Shown here piece by piece: positions 10,150 to 18,686 of a DNA stretch of 54,965 bases (within the stretch, counting starts at the first letter, position 1; the number at the start of each line of letters is the position of its first letter). A program made the position numbers and the translations under genes. Under the pieces are notes generated by a model. It worked only from the letters and a program-made list of their open reading frames with translations. It searched no databases and had not been told where the DNA came from. The DNA is from an uncultured virus (IMG/VR IMGVR_UViG_3300032085_001238) (taxonomy: Duplodnaviria; Heunggongvirae; Uroviricota; Caudoviricetes), in the IMG/VR virus record IMGVR_UViG_3300032085_001238, one strand, 5' to 3'.

Positions 10150-10340
10150 TATTCCATTTCATCCTCTGGATTTGTTTCAAACATTTTGTCATATTCTGTT
10201 GTATTACCTGCTATCTCAAATGATAACTCATCATTTGTATCAATGATTGTAGAATCCGTTACAGATAATACTATTTGTTTAACATCATTTGAAACCACTA
10301 TTTGTTTTGTAGATTTATCATAATTTATTTTTATTATCAT
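10149..10340 (-). CDS. Small hypothetical protein (possible fibre chaperone)
   Basis: Start reassigned to ATG 10340, which overlaps the upstream TGA (ATGA coupling); 63 aa. Confidence 0.6.
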   Translation of the reverse strand: MIIKINYDKSTKQIVVSNDVKQIVLSVTDSTIIDTNDELSFEIAGNTTEYDKMFETNPEDEME

Positions 10341-13300
10341 TGATGATTCCTTATTAATTCTATATCTTTTCTTGTTCCATGTATGATATAATAACAATGA
10401 ATATTTTCTTTTGTTTTAAACATACCATTTATATCTATAAATATTTTATTTTCTTTAATTTCTTTAACAAACAATTCTTGATGTTTTCCAATACTTGTTA
10501 ATTGAGTTGTAATTGTATTTTCATCAACCAACCATTCCCATTCTTTAGGTAAATAAATCACATTATCACCTTTTAATTCACCTCTATAAAATACATCATT
10601 TTGTTGTCCCTCTAAAACACCATATTCTAACTTACCACCCTCTGGCTTGTTTATTACAAATGATTTAGAACCAGCTATTAATTTACCACCAATCGTTATA
10701 GTTGAAGTACCTGAACCACTTATATTACCTAGTACTTCTAAGTTTCCACTTGCAGTTATATTTGTATTTGTTGAAATAAATCCACTTGCACTTACATTAC
10801 CTGTTATTCTTAATTCTCTCTCATCACCCATAAATTCTGCATATGCTGTTGCTCCGTGTTCAATTTGTATATTATCATCAGGAGCTAAAATAATATCTTC
10901 ATCTGCAGATATTACTAAATCCTCAGCTGCACCCGTATTTGCTTTTATGAATGTATCAGTTGAATCAAAGAATATTGCTTTGTTCTCAGCTATTGTTATG
11001 TTATCTGCAAAATTTGAAGTTCCATCCACATCAATGTTATCTAAATTTGCTGTTCCGTTTACATCAATGTCACCTTCTAAATCTATGTTACCATTAATTG
11101 TTGCATTCCCACCAATAGTTAGGTTTGAAGCACCTGAACCACTTATGTTTCCTTGAACTTCTAAGTTATCTGTGGTAGTTATATCACCTGATGCAGATAG
11201 TATTAAATCACCTCTTCTATTAATTAATTCAGTAGCACCTGCGTTGTGTTTTAAAACAAATTGTTGTGGGTCATTAGTAGCACTATCGTTTTGTGATGAT
11301 AATAAAACATCTTGGTCATTAGCCAATGAAAGTATTGAACCAGTAGCATCAGTTCCAGGAGTTACTTTTATTCTACCACCAGCAACTATCTCCAATTTCT
11401 CTGTTGGAGTAGCCGTTCCAATTCCAATATTTTGAGAACTACCTTGTGCAAACAATGTATTACTTCCACCAGCTTTAACGTGGAAGTCAATATCTCCACC
11501 ATCACCAACCACTATATTGTCTTGTGAACCATCTTCAGTAATAGTTATAAATGCTTCATTACCAGCTTTAAAAGTTAAAGTATCTGTTCCAAATGATATT
11601 AATGTATTTGTATCACCAATATGAGTTATGGTACTACCAACAACAACGGTGTTGGCTGATAATTCACCACTTGAACTTATGTTTCCACTTGCGGTTATGT
11701 GAGTTGTAGCTACATTAGATAGGTTACCATCAACAGTTATGTTACCCTTAACCTCTAATGTTGTAGTGCCCGAACCACTCATTACCAATGCTGCATCAGT
11801 TTGTGTTAAATTTATTTCACCATTATTAAAATTAATAACAGCTGCATCAGCAAGGAATAAATCAGAAAATGCAAGACCAGCTGAACCTAACGAATGACCA
11901 TCATTAGCTGCTGGAAATAAAGCTGCATTATTTAATTTTAATTCATTACCAGCGTTAACTCTAAATTGTATTTGATTGTCTGTTGTGAAATCAATTAGGT
12001 TGTCAGCATCTCTACCGATTTTTAAATCTGTTGCGAATGTGTTACCACCAATGGTAGCACTTACATTTGATAAATTTGAACCATCACCTACAAAACCACC
12101 ACTTGCACTTACGACTCCACTTGCGGTTATGTGACCAGTTACATTTATACCACCATCAGATGTTTCAAATTTTGTAGAATTGTTATGTTTTAATTCTGTT
12201 CCAGCTCCTTGTGTGAATACAGCAATTGTGTTACCATTATTTTGAGCTCTTACTCTTATTTCAGTACCATCTATATATAAAGCACCTGTTCCTTTATCTT
12301 GTATGTAACTATTTGAACCATTATGCCATATATGTAAATCATCACCAGTTCCAATTTTTATTTTTTTATTATCTTCTAAATTTATTTCACCGAATGAACC
12401 AGTTCCTGTAAGAGCAATTACATCACCACTCGCACTTATGTTACCACTTGCGGTTATGTGTGAGGATACTCTTAAATCTCCAGTAATGTCTAATGAAGCA
12501 CTTGGTAGAGCCATATTAATACCAACTGTATTATTTCCACCATCTACAAATAACATATGTGTATTAGCGTTAGACTCAACTCTAAAATCCATATCAGCAC
12601 TTAAATCATTAACAACAACAGCGTCATTAGAACCCTCTACAAGTCTAATCATTTCAACAGCACCGGCTGTAAAAGTTATTTGGTCACTTGTAAAAGCTAT
12701 TTCTGTATTTGCATCTCCTAAATGGATGATTTTCTCAGCAACATTTATATTTTTTGAGATTAAAGTACCACTTGAACTTATATCACCAAGTGCAGTTATG
12801 TCATCCGTTGATGTAATTTGTTCTGCAGTTATTGTTCCAAGAGATGTGATGTTTCCACTTGTTAAAATGTTTCCACTCGCACTTATGTTTCCACTTGCAG
12901 TTATATGTCCATTTACATTAATACCGCCATCTTTAATATCTGCTACTTCTGTATTATTAGCATAAAAGTTTATTTGATTTGTATCTTCAAAATCTATTTT
13001 AGTTTGGTCATCTTCTCCAATTTTTAAATCGGTAGCGAATATAGAAGTTATAGTTGTTTGAGCAGCTGTAATAGCTACATCATTTGCGTTTGCAGTTATA
13101 CCATCACCACCAATTACATTAACTGTAGCTGAGCCCCCAAGTGTTATAGAACCTCCACCAGTTAAACCAGTTCCAGCAGTTACGGTTACTGCATCTTCAG
13201 CTAATTTAGCAATAGGTATTTCGTCATTATCAATTTCTGCTACGATGATAGCAGCTAATCCATCGGTAACTGCATCAGCATCAAGAGTAGCTGCTTTAAT

Positions 13301-16252
13301 TGTTCCACTTGAACTTATATTTCCACTTGCGGTTATGTGTGAAGATATTGCAGCTCCTAATGCAATTGTATCAGTAGTAGCCTCCGTTAAGGTTATCATA
13401 TCTACACCACCAGCTGCAAGTGTTATTTTATCAGTAGCAAATGCTATTTTTGTATCAGTATCACCACTATGTACTACACTATCAGAGAGAAATATATCAT
13501 CACCAACCACTAAATCATCTTTAACAGTTAAATCATCAAAAAATCCATTACCACTTGCACTTATGTTACCACTTGCAGTTATATGTCCGTTGAATAAATG
13601 TGTATCTATTATCGCGTCACCAAATATATTTGAACCTTCGGTTTGGATAGTTGATGAAGTTATAAATGATGATGTGAAATGTGTTACATTAAGTTTTGTA
13701 GCTGTCAAGTCTGAAATTGTAACTGCATTAATCGTTCCACCATTTATTTGATTACCACTAATTGTGTCTGCACTTATCTGTCCAGCGATTGTATCAGCTG
13801 TAATTGAACCACCCAATACAGTTGATGTTCCAGCGATTGTAATGGCGTCTTCTGCTAATTTAGCAATAGGGATTTCATCATTATCAATTTCAGCAACAAT
13901 AGCTGCGGCTAATCCATCAGTAACAGCTGCTGCGTCAAGAGTAACGGCCTTTATAGTTCCACTCGCACTTATTTCATTAGCAGTTAAATATCCAGCTGAA
14001 CCAGTTCCAACAATAGTTATATTATTAAATCCTAATATATTTCCATTACTACCACTTATGTTTCCACTAGCAGTTATGTGAGATGATATTGCAGCCCCAA
14101 ATGAAATTGTATCAGTAGAGGCTTCTGTAAGTTTTAACAATTCTGTAGCACCAGCTCTAAATGCAATTGAATCTGTACCAAATACTATTTTTGTATCAGT
14201 ATCACCTATATGTCGAATATCACCAGCAACACTCAAAACACCTCCTACAGATAAGTCAGCTGTAATTTCAGCGTCATCCGATGAAAAAAGGTGTTCAGCA
14301 GATACTGTACCAGCACTTGAACTTATATTTCCAATAGTTGTAAAACTATTCATTGATGCAGAGAAAAATGGAGCAATTGAAGCTGAATTTACAGAAAATG
14401 TTCTTGCAGTAGCTCCTGTAAAAGTTCCTCCACCATTATTTAATCCATCACCTGCAGTTAGTGCATTTGTTGTCGTACCAATAGTTGTTGAGGTAAAAGC
14501 ATTTGAACCTAATTCTCTTGTTCCAACAACACTTGAACCATTTATCATAACAGCTGTTGCTTCCGAACCTTGATTTGATAAACCTTTTATTGTTAATGTT
14601 TTTAAAGTAGTCGTACCACTAGCACTTAAATTTCCACTAGCAGTTATCTGATTAAATTGAACATTATCAGATGAACCGAATTGAGCTGATGAGCTGATTG
14701 TGGTAGAACCTTTTAATATATTAGCTACAGTCGCTGTTCCACCTAATGTAGTTGAACCAGCTCCCCCAATTGTAATTGCATCAGAGGCTAATTTAGCGAT
14801 TGGGATTTCATCATTATCGATTTCACCAACAATAGTAGCAGCTATCGTATCATTAATTAAAGAATTTATTTGTGCTGAACTTGAAACTAATGTTTTTGCA
14901 GTAACAACTTCATTAGCACTTACTCTTGTTGAGAATGAAGCACTTGATTCTACAATTGAACCACTTATATCCGTAGCGATTTGAGCAGATGAACTAATTA
15001 CTCCTGCTCCTTTTAACCCACCTGCGTCTAAAGTCAATGTATCAAATGTTACATCACCATCAGTTCCTAATCCATTAACATCAACATCTACACCATTAAG
15101 TTTAAACTTTCCTTGAGAAGAGCCAGCAGATGAAGCACTAACTAAACCAGCTGGAAGTTGAGCTGAACTACTAAATACCCCTGCTCCTTTTAATCCCCCA
15201 GCGTCTAAAGTTAATGTATCAAAAGTAACATCACCATCAGTACCTAAACCATTTACATCTACATCGACACCATTAAGTTTAAACTTCCCTTGAGATGAAC
15301 CTGCAGCCGATGCACTAAATATTCCACTTGGTAATTGAGCAGATGAACTAAATGCTCCAACACCTTTCAATCCTCCAGCGTCTAAAGTAAGAGTGTCAAA
15401 TGTTGGGTCTCCGTTTGTTCCCAATCCATTAACATCCACATCGACACCATTTAGTTTAAATTTACCTTGTGATGAACCTGCAGCTGAACTACTTACAACC
15501 CCACCTGGTAAAGTAGCACTTACATTTGTTAATCCAGCACCATTACCCTCTAATCTACCAAATGAACCAGTTGATATTGAAGAGCCACTTACATCCCCTA
15601 AAAATTCAGTATCTTTACTAACTAATATTTTTTCACTTGAATTTGTAGTTGTAAATTTTATATAGGAGTTTGAACCTTCAGTAATGTTTAGAGCATCTGC
15701 CAAATTATCTGTAAGTGTGATTTTATTTTTTGTAGTATTACCACCAAATGTTATGTTAAGTCCTTGTGCAGCATCATCAACGACAATACTATCAGCTGCA
15801 AGAGAACCAACATTTGTAATGTTATTATCACCTAAAGATAAATTTCCAGCCAAAGCAGTAATTGTAGTTGAGCCAATTGTTCCACCATTAATTTTATCAC
15901 CACTAATTTCATCATTATCTATCTCAGCTACAATTGCTGCAGCTAATCCATCAGAAACAGCTGCTGCATCTAAAGTAGCTGCTGTGATAGTTCCACTCGA
16001 ACTTATGTCTCCACTTGCGGTTATGTTAGGAACAATTGTCGCAGTAGCTCCTCTAATAGAGGTCTTTTGTGTGGCGTTTCCAAATCTTATTTGGTCACCA
16101 TTTGCAAAATATTTTACAGATTGTTTATTACCAGCATTGAATTGAGTAGAAGTTATTGTTCCACTTGAACTTATGTTAGAACTTGCAGTTATATTGGTGG
16201 TTTCTAAACCATTTTTTATTTTAAAGTTTTTTGACACAGCTTCACTCTCCAC
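10337..16252 (-). CDS. Long tail fibre protein (1971 aa), highly repetitive
   Basis: Many HITASGNIS, AAIVAEIDNDEIPIAKLA and HxGDTDTKIxF repeats; C-terminal KSFVI.KP....L.YG.LEG....V.YRG domain typical of phage fibre termini; GTG start. Confidence 0.8.
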   Translation of the reverse strand: MESEAVSKNFKIKNGLETTNITASSNISSSGTITSTQFNAGNKQSVKYFANGDQIRFGNATQKTSIRGATATIVPNITASGDISSSGTITAATLDAAAVSDGLAAAIVAEIDNDEISGDKINGGTIGSTTITALAGNLSLGDNNITNVGSLAADSIVVDDAAQGLNITFGGNTTKNKITLTDNLADALNITEGSNSYIKFTTTNSSEKILVSKDTEFLGDVSGSSISTGSFGRLEGNGAGLTNVSATLPGGVVSSSAAGSSQGKFKLNGVDVDVNGLGTNGDPTFDTLTLDAGGLKGVGAFSSSAQLPSGIFSASAAGSSQGKFKLNGVDVDVNGLGTDGDVTFDTLTLDAGGLKGAGVFSSSAQLPAGLVSASSAGSSQGKFKLNGVDVDVNGLGTDGDVTFDTLTLDAGGLKGAGVISSSAQIATDISGSIVESSASFSTRVSANEVVTAKTLVSSSAQINSLINDTIAATIVGEIDNDEIPIAKLASDAITIGGAGSTTLGGTATVANILKGSTTISSSAQFGSSDNVQFNQITASGNLSASGTTTLKTLTIKGLSNQGSEATAVMINGSSVVGTRELGSNAFTSTTIGTTTNALTAGDGLNNGGGTFTGATARTFSVNSASIAPFFSASMNSFTTIGNISSSAGTVSAEHLFSSDDAEITADLSVGGVLSVAGDIRHIGDTDTKIVFGTDSIAFRAGATELLKLTEASTDTISFGAAISSHITASGNISGSNGNILGFNNITIVGTGSAGYLTANEISASGTIKAVTLDAAAVTDGLAAAIVAEIDNDEIPIAKLAEDAITIAGTSTVLGGSITADTIAGQISADTISGNQINGGTINAVTISDLTATKLNVTHFTSSFITSSTIQTEGSNIFGDAIIDTHLFNGHITASGNISASGNGFFDDLTVKDDLVVGDDIFLSDSVVHSGDTDTKIAFATDKITLAAGGVDMITLTEATTDTIALGAAISSHITASGNISSSGTIKAATLDADAVTDGLAAIIVAEIDNDEIPIAKLAEDAVTVTAGTGLTGGGSITLGGSATVNVIGGDGITANANDVAITAAQTTITSIFATDLKIGEDDQTKIDFEDTNQINFYANNTEVADIKDGGINVNGHITASGNISASGNILTSGNITSLGTITAEQITSTDDITALGDISSSGTLISKNINVAEKIIHLGDANTEIAFTSDQITFTAGAVEMIRLVEGSNDAVVVNDLSADMDFRVESNANTHMLFVDGGNNTVGINMALPSASLDITGDLRVSSHITASGNISASGDVIALTGTGSFGEINLEDNKKIKIGTGDDLHIWHNGSNSYIQDKGTGALYIDGTEIRVRAQNNGNTIAVFTQGAGTELKHNNSTKFETSDGGINVTGHITASGVVSASGGFVGDGSNLSNVSATIGGNTFATDLKIGRDADNLIDFTTDNQIQFRVNAGNELKLNNAALFPAANDGHSLGSAGLAFSDLFLADAAVINFNNGEINLTQTDAALVMSGSGTTTLEVKGNITVDGNLSNVATTHITASGNISSSGELSANTVVVGSTITHIGDTNTLISFGTDTLTFKAGNEAFITITEDGSQDNIVVGDGGDIDFHVKAGGSNTLFAQGSSQNIGIGTATPTEKLEIVAGGRIKVTPGTDATGSILSLANDQDVLLSSQNDSATNDPQQFVLKHNAGATELINRRGDLILSASGDITTTDNLEVQGNISGSGASNLTIGGNATINGNIDLEGDIDVNGTANLDNIDVDGTSNFADNITIAENKAIFFDSTDTFIKANTGAAEDLVISADEDIILAPDDNIQIEHGATAYAEFMGDERELRITGNVSASGFISTNTNITASGNLEVLGNISGSGTSTITIGGKLIAGSKSFVINKPEGGKLEYGVLEGQQNDVFYRGELKGDNVIYLPKEWEWLVDENTITTQLTSIGKHQELFVKEIKENKIFIDINGMFKTKENIHCYYIIHGTRKDIELIRNHQ
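14980..15510 (-). repeat. Three tandem 177-bp (59-aa) repeats
   Basis: AGSSQGKFKLNGVDVDVNGLGTxGDxTFDTLTLDAGGLKGxG x3; equivalent positions at 15117, 15294 and 15471. Confidence 0.9.
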
Positions 16253-16267
16253 TATATTGTCTATATG

Positions 16268-16277
16268 TTATAAATAT
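16268..16277 (-). promoter_or_regulatory. Possible late promoter (core ATATTTATA only)
   Basis: Core of the 15-bp motif, 15 nt upstream of the long fibre gene. Confidence 0.5.
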
Positions 16278-16284
16278 AAATTTT

Positions 16285-17751
16285 TTAAATTAATGTCCTA
16301 ACGAATTTCACACTACAACTAATAAATGAACTATTACCAAGTAATCTAACATTTGAATTACTAACATCTGTAGTAAAATCAACTAAATTCAAACCTGAAT
16401 TTATTTGTGAATATTCGGTATTAAATGCACTTGAACTATTCTGTACAACTAACATTTCACTTGATTGAATATTTGATGCACTTGTTACTTGTAATAAATA
16501 TTTACAAGTTTGAAAACTTGATGTATTAAATGTATTAATAACGGTAGATGATGCAGCTGTCATTTGAACAACCTGACCTAATAAAACAGAACCTGTAAAT
16601 TGATGTGTATCATCAACTGAATCACCAAATATCGTTGAACCACTTGAAAATGATTGTGTTATGTTTGAAACAGTTGAATTAACTATATATCTATTACCAA
16701 TTATATCACCACTTGCACTTATATTACCTGCTACTTGTAATGCTACAGTTGGAACAGATGTTCCAATACCAACATTCCCATTGGAGTCAATTCTTATTCT
16801 TTCAGTATCAGTTCCATTAAGTGTTGTAAAGAATTGTAGATTTGAATCAACTGAAGCATTAAAACCGATTGAAGAATTATATGCATTATCTTTTCCAGCT
16901 ATTATAGCACCAGCCGGCTGTGAAATTGCTCCTCCACCAGTATTATCTTTATGTTTAAATTCAATACCAGCACCTTTATCAGTTCCCGTATCAGTATTTG
17001 AATTTTCTATTGTTATTATGGAATTACCACCATCGGTATCTTTAGAAAATATAAATTCACCACTAGCTGTTATATTACCTAGTATATTATCAACACCACC
17101 AATGTTTACAGTAAAACTATCAGAACCGCTTATTTCATAAACATCTGCATCTACATCATAACCCATTCTTAATGCTACTTCTGAAATACCTCTTTCATCT
17201 ACAAATTTTACATATCTATCCGAGCCTGTATCTATTAAAATTGGAATATCAGAATTAACATCAGAACCACCTGCAAAAGTTAAAGTATCAGTAACAACCG
17301 TATTACCTAAATTTGCATTACCTTGAAATATATTTGCCTCATCATCTACTGGCAATCTAACTTGGTCTGTATAAATCCATTGGTCACTTGGTAATCCTAA
17401 AGTATTAGTTACCTTTTCACCTATGAATTTATATCTTAATAATCTATCGTATTCTGTATCTAATGATGTGAATACAATTGAACCAGTATTTTGACTACCA
17501 CTTAATGATGCACTTAGAAGTGTGTTTTGTTTAAATTTTTTGGTCGCATCAGTATCACCTGTGAATTTGATTTCATTTTGAAACGAACAAGAAACAGAAC
17601 CTGTAATTCTACCATATGCTACAGAGGCGGAAAGTGCAAAACCATCTGTAGCTGTATTGACAAAACTAGCGACAGTACCACCTTTTGTAATATAGGATGT
17701 TTTTTTACCCTCTACACTTTCTAATAATATTCTTAGATTATAAGTTGGCAT
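16285..17751 (-). CDS. Tail fibre-like virion protein
   Basis: ERIRIDSNGNVGIGT motif; DDTHQFTGS block and C-terminal domain paralogous to 1605..2717. Confidence 0.7.
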   Translation of the reverse strand: MPTYNLRILLESVEGKKTSYITKGGTVASFVNTATDGFALSASVAYGRITGSVSCSFQNEIKFTGDTDATKKFKQNTLLSASLSGSQNTGSIVFTSLDTEYDRLLRYKFIGEKVTNTLGLPSDQWIYTDQVRLPVDDEANIFQGNANLGNTVVTDTLTFAGGSDVNSDIPILIDTGSDRYVKFVDERGISEVALRMGYDVDADVYEISGSDSFTVNIGGVDNILGNITASGEFIFSKDTDGGNSIITIENSNTDTGTDKGAGIEFKHKDNTGGGAISQPAGAIIAGKDNAYNSSIGFNASVDSNLQFFTTLNGTDTERIRIDSNGNVGIGTSVPTVALQVAGNISASGDIIGNRYIVNSTVSNITQSFSSGSTIFGDSVDDTHQFTGSVLLGQVVQMTAASSTVINTFNTSSFQTCKYLLQVTSASNIQSSEMLVVQNSSSAFNTEYSQINSGLNLVDFTTDVSNSNVRLLGNSSFISCSVKFVRTLI

Positions 17752-18407
17752 TATGATTTTGCCTTACCTTTTATTGGTATATTAATAGCACTACCTTTAA
17801 CATTGTGAGTTGTACCAGTTAATGAATTTTTACGAGTTGGAACACTATTTTTACCAAATGAGAATTGTCCTAAAGCTGTTTTGGTTTCGTGTTTAGATTG
17901 TAAAACTTTTGGTGAATCAGCATTAATTAAATTTTTTCTTATGTTAATTGGAAATATACATCTATAATTCATAGCGCCAATAAATTTTTTTGGTATTCGT
18001 TGTATGTCTGCTCTTCTTCCATATCGTTTGTTTTTTAAACTACCAACAATAGTTAAAGTACCCTTTCCATCTTGAACTTCTTTATATGTTCTTAATGGGT
18101 CTTTTAATATCTCTACAAAACAAGTAGCAACACCATTACTTTGTTTTAAAGTGGTAACATCGGATTTCAATACAACATTATTACTTGATTTAAATTCAAA
18201 AAGAATACGAGAATTTTCTCTTAATTGATAATTTTGATTTTTTGAATCCAATATAGATAAGTTAAAATAATGTTTTCCAAATGATAAATTATCAGACAAT
18301 CCATTTATATTAAAAAACATTGGATTGTTTGAATTACCTTCAAGAAAAACATCAATTTCATCTAAATCATATCTATTCGCGTATGTTGCAGTGCTACTAA
18401 ATTCCAA
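17751..18407 (-). CDS. Hypothetical (probably virion) protein
   Basis: 218-aa ORF, TTG start with GGAGA SD, first gene after a late motif. Confidence 0.65.
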   Translation of the reverse strand: MEFSSTATYANRYDLDEIDVFLEGNSNNPMFFNINGLSDNLSFGKHYFNLSILDSKNQNYQLRENSRILFEFKSSNNVVLKSDVTTLKQSNGVATCFVEILKDPLRTYKEVQDGKGTLTIVGSLKNKRYGRRADIQRIPKKFIGAMNYRCIFPINIRKNLINADSPKVLQSKHETKTALGQFSFGKNSVPTRKNSLTGTTHNVKGSAINIPIKGKAKS

Positions 18408-18427
18408 GAGATTTCTCCATATAAGAT

Positions 18428-18442
18428 TTCATATATAAATAT
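18428..18442 (-). promoter_or_regulatory. Putative phage late promoter
   Basis: Exact ATATTTATATATGAA upstream of the fibre operon. Confidence 0.75.
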
Positions 18443-18521
18443 TGAATAAAGAAATTATTTGAATTTATATTTTTGATTTTTAATAATTCTTAATAATTAT
18501 TATTAAATAGAGGAATTTATT

Positions 18522-18686
18522 ATGGAAAAGAAAATAAGGTCAATATCAATATCTGAAATAATAGATAGTAAACTTATAAATGATAGTAAGTCAAGAGGAT
18601 TGACTATATCAGCAAATCTATCAAGAATATTATTTGATTATTTTAAAAACGAACCTAAAGACACAGATAGAATTTTAAAGCTTTAA
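18522..18686 (+). CDS. Ribbon-helix-helix (CopG/Arc-like) DNA-binding protein, 54 aa (not in ORF track)
   Basis: MEKKIRSISISEIIDSKLINDSKSRGLTISANLSRILFDYFKNEPKDTDRILKL: alternating strand, helix, G-x-T-x-S turn, helix; GAGGA SD; fills an otherwise empty gap. Confidence 0.75.
   Translation: MEKKIRSISISEIIDSKLINDSKSRGLTISANLSRILFDYFKNEPKDTDRILKL

Larger units (their letters stand above)
1915..16730 (-). repeat. Dispersed ~30-bp repeat ATAAC(C/T)GCAAGTGGAAACATAAGT(G/T)CAAGTGG encoding ITASGNISxSG
   Basis: About 15 copies by eye, e.g. near 1921, 2255, 5835, 10741, 11670, 12105, 12430, 12875, 13305, 13550, 14050, 14620, 15995, 16160, 16710. Confidence 0.85.

Noticed and set aside
1915..16730. 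CRISPR-like reading of the ~30-bp repeats
   Set aside because: Copies are degenerate, irregularly spaced by hundreds of bp, in frame within ORFs, and no cas genes are present
1605..17751. Diversity-generating retroelement TR/VR pair among the duplicated fibre blocks
   Set aside because: Differences between copies are mostly synonymous rather than adenine-specific, both copies are coding, and no reverse transcriptase is in the window
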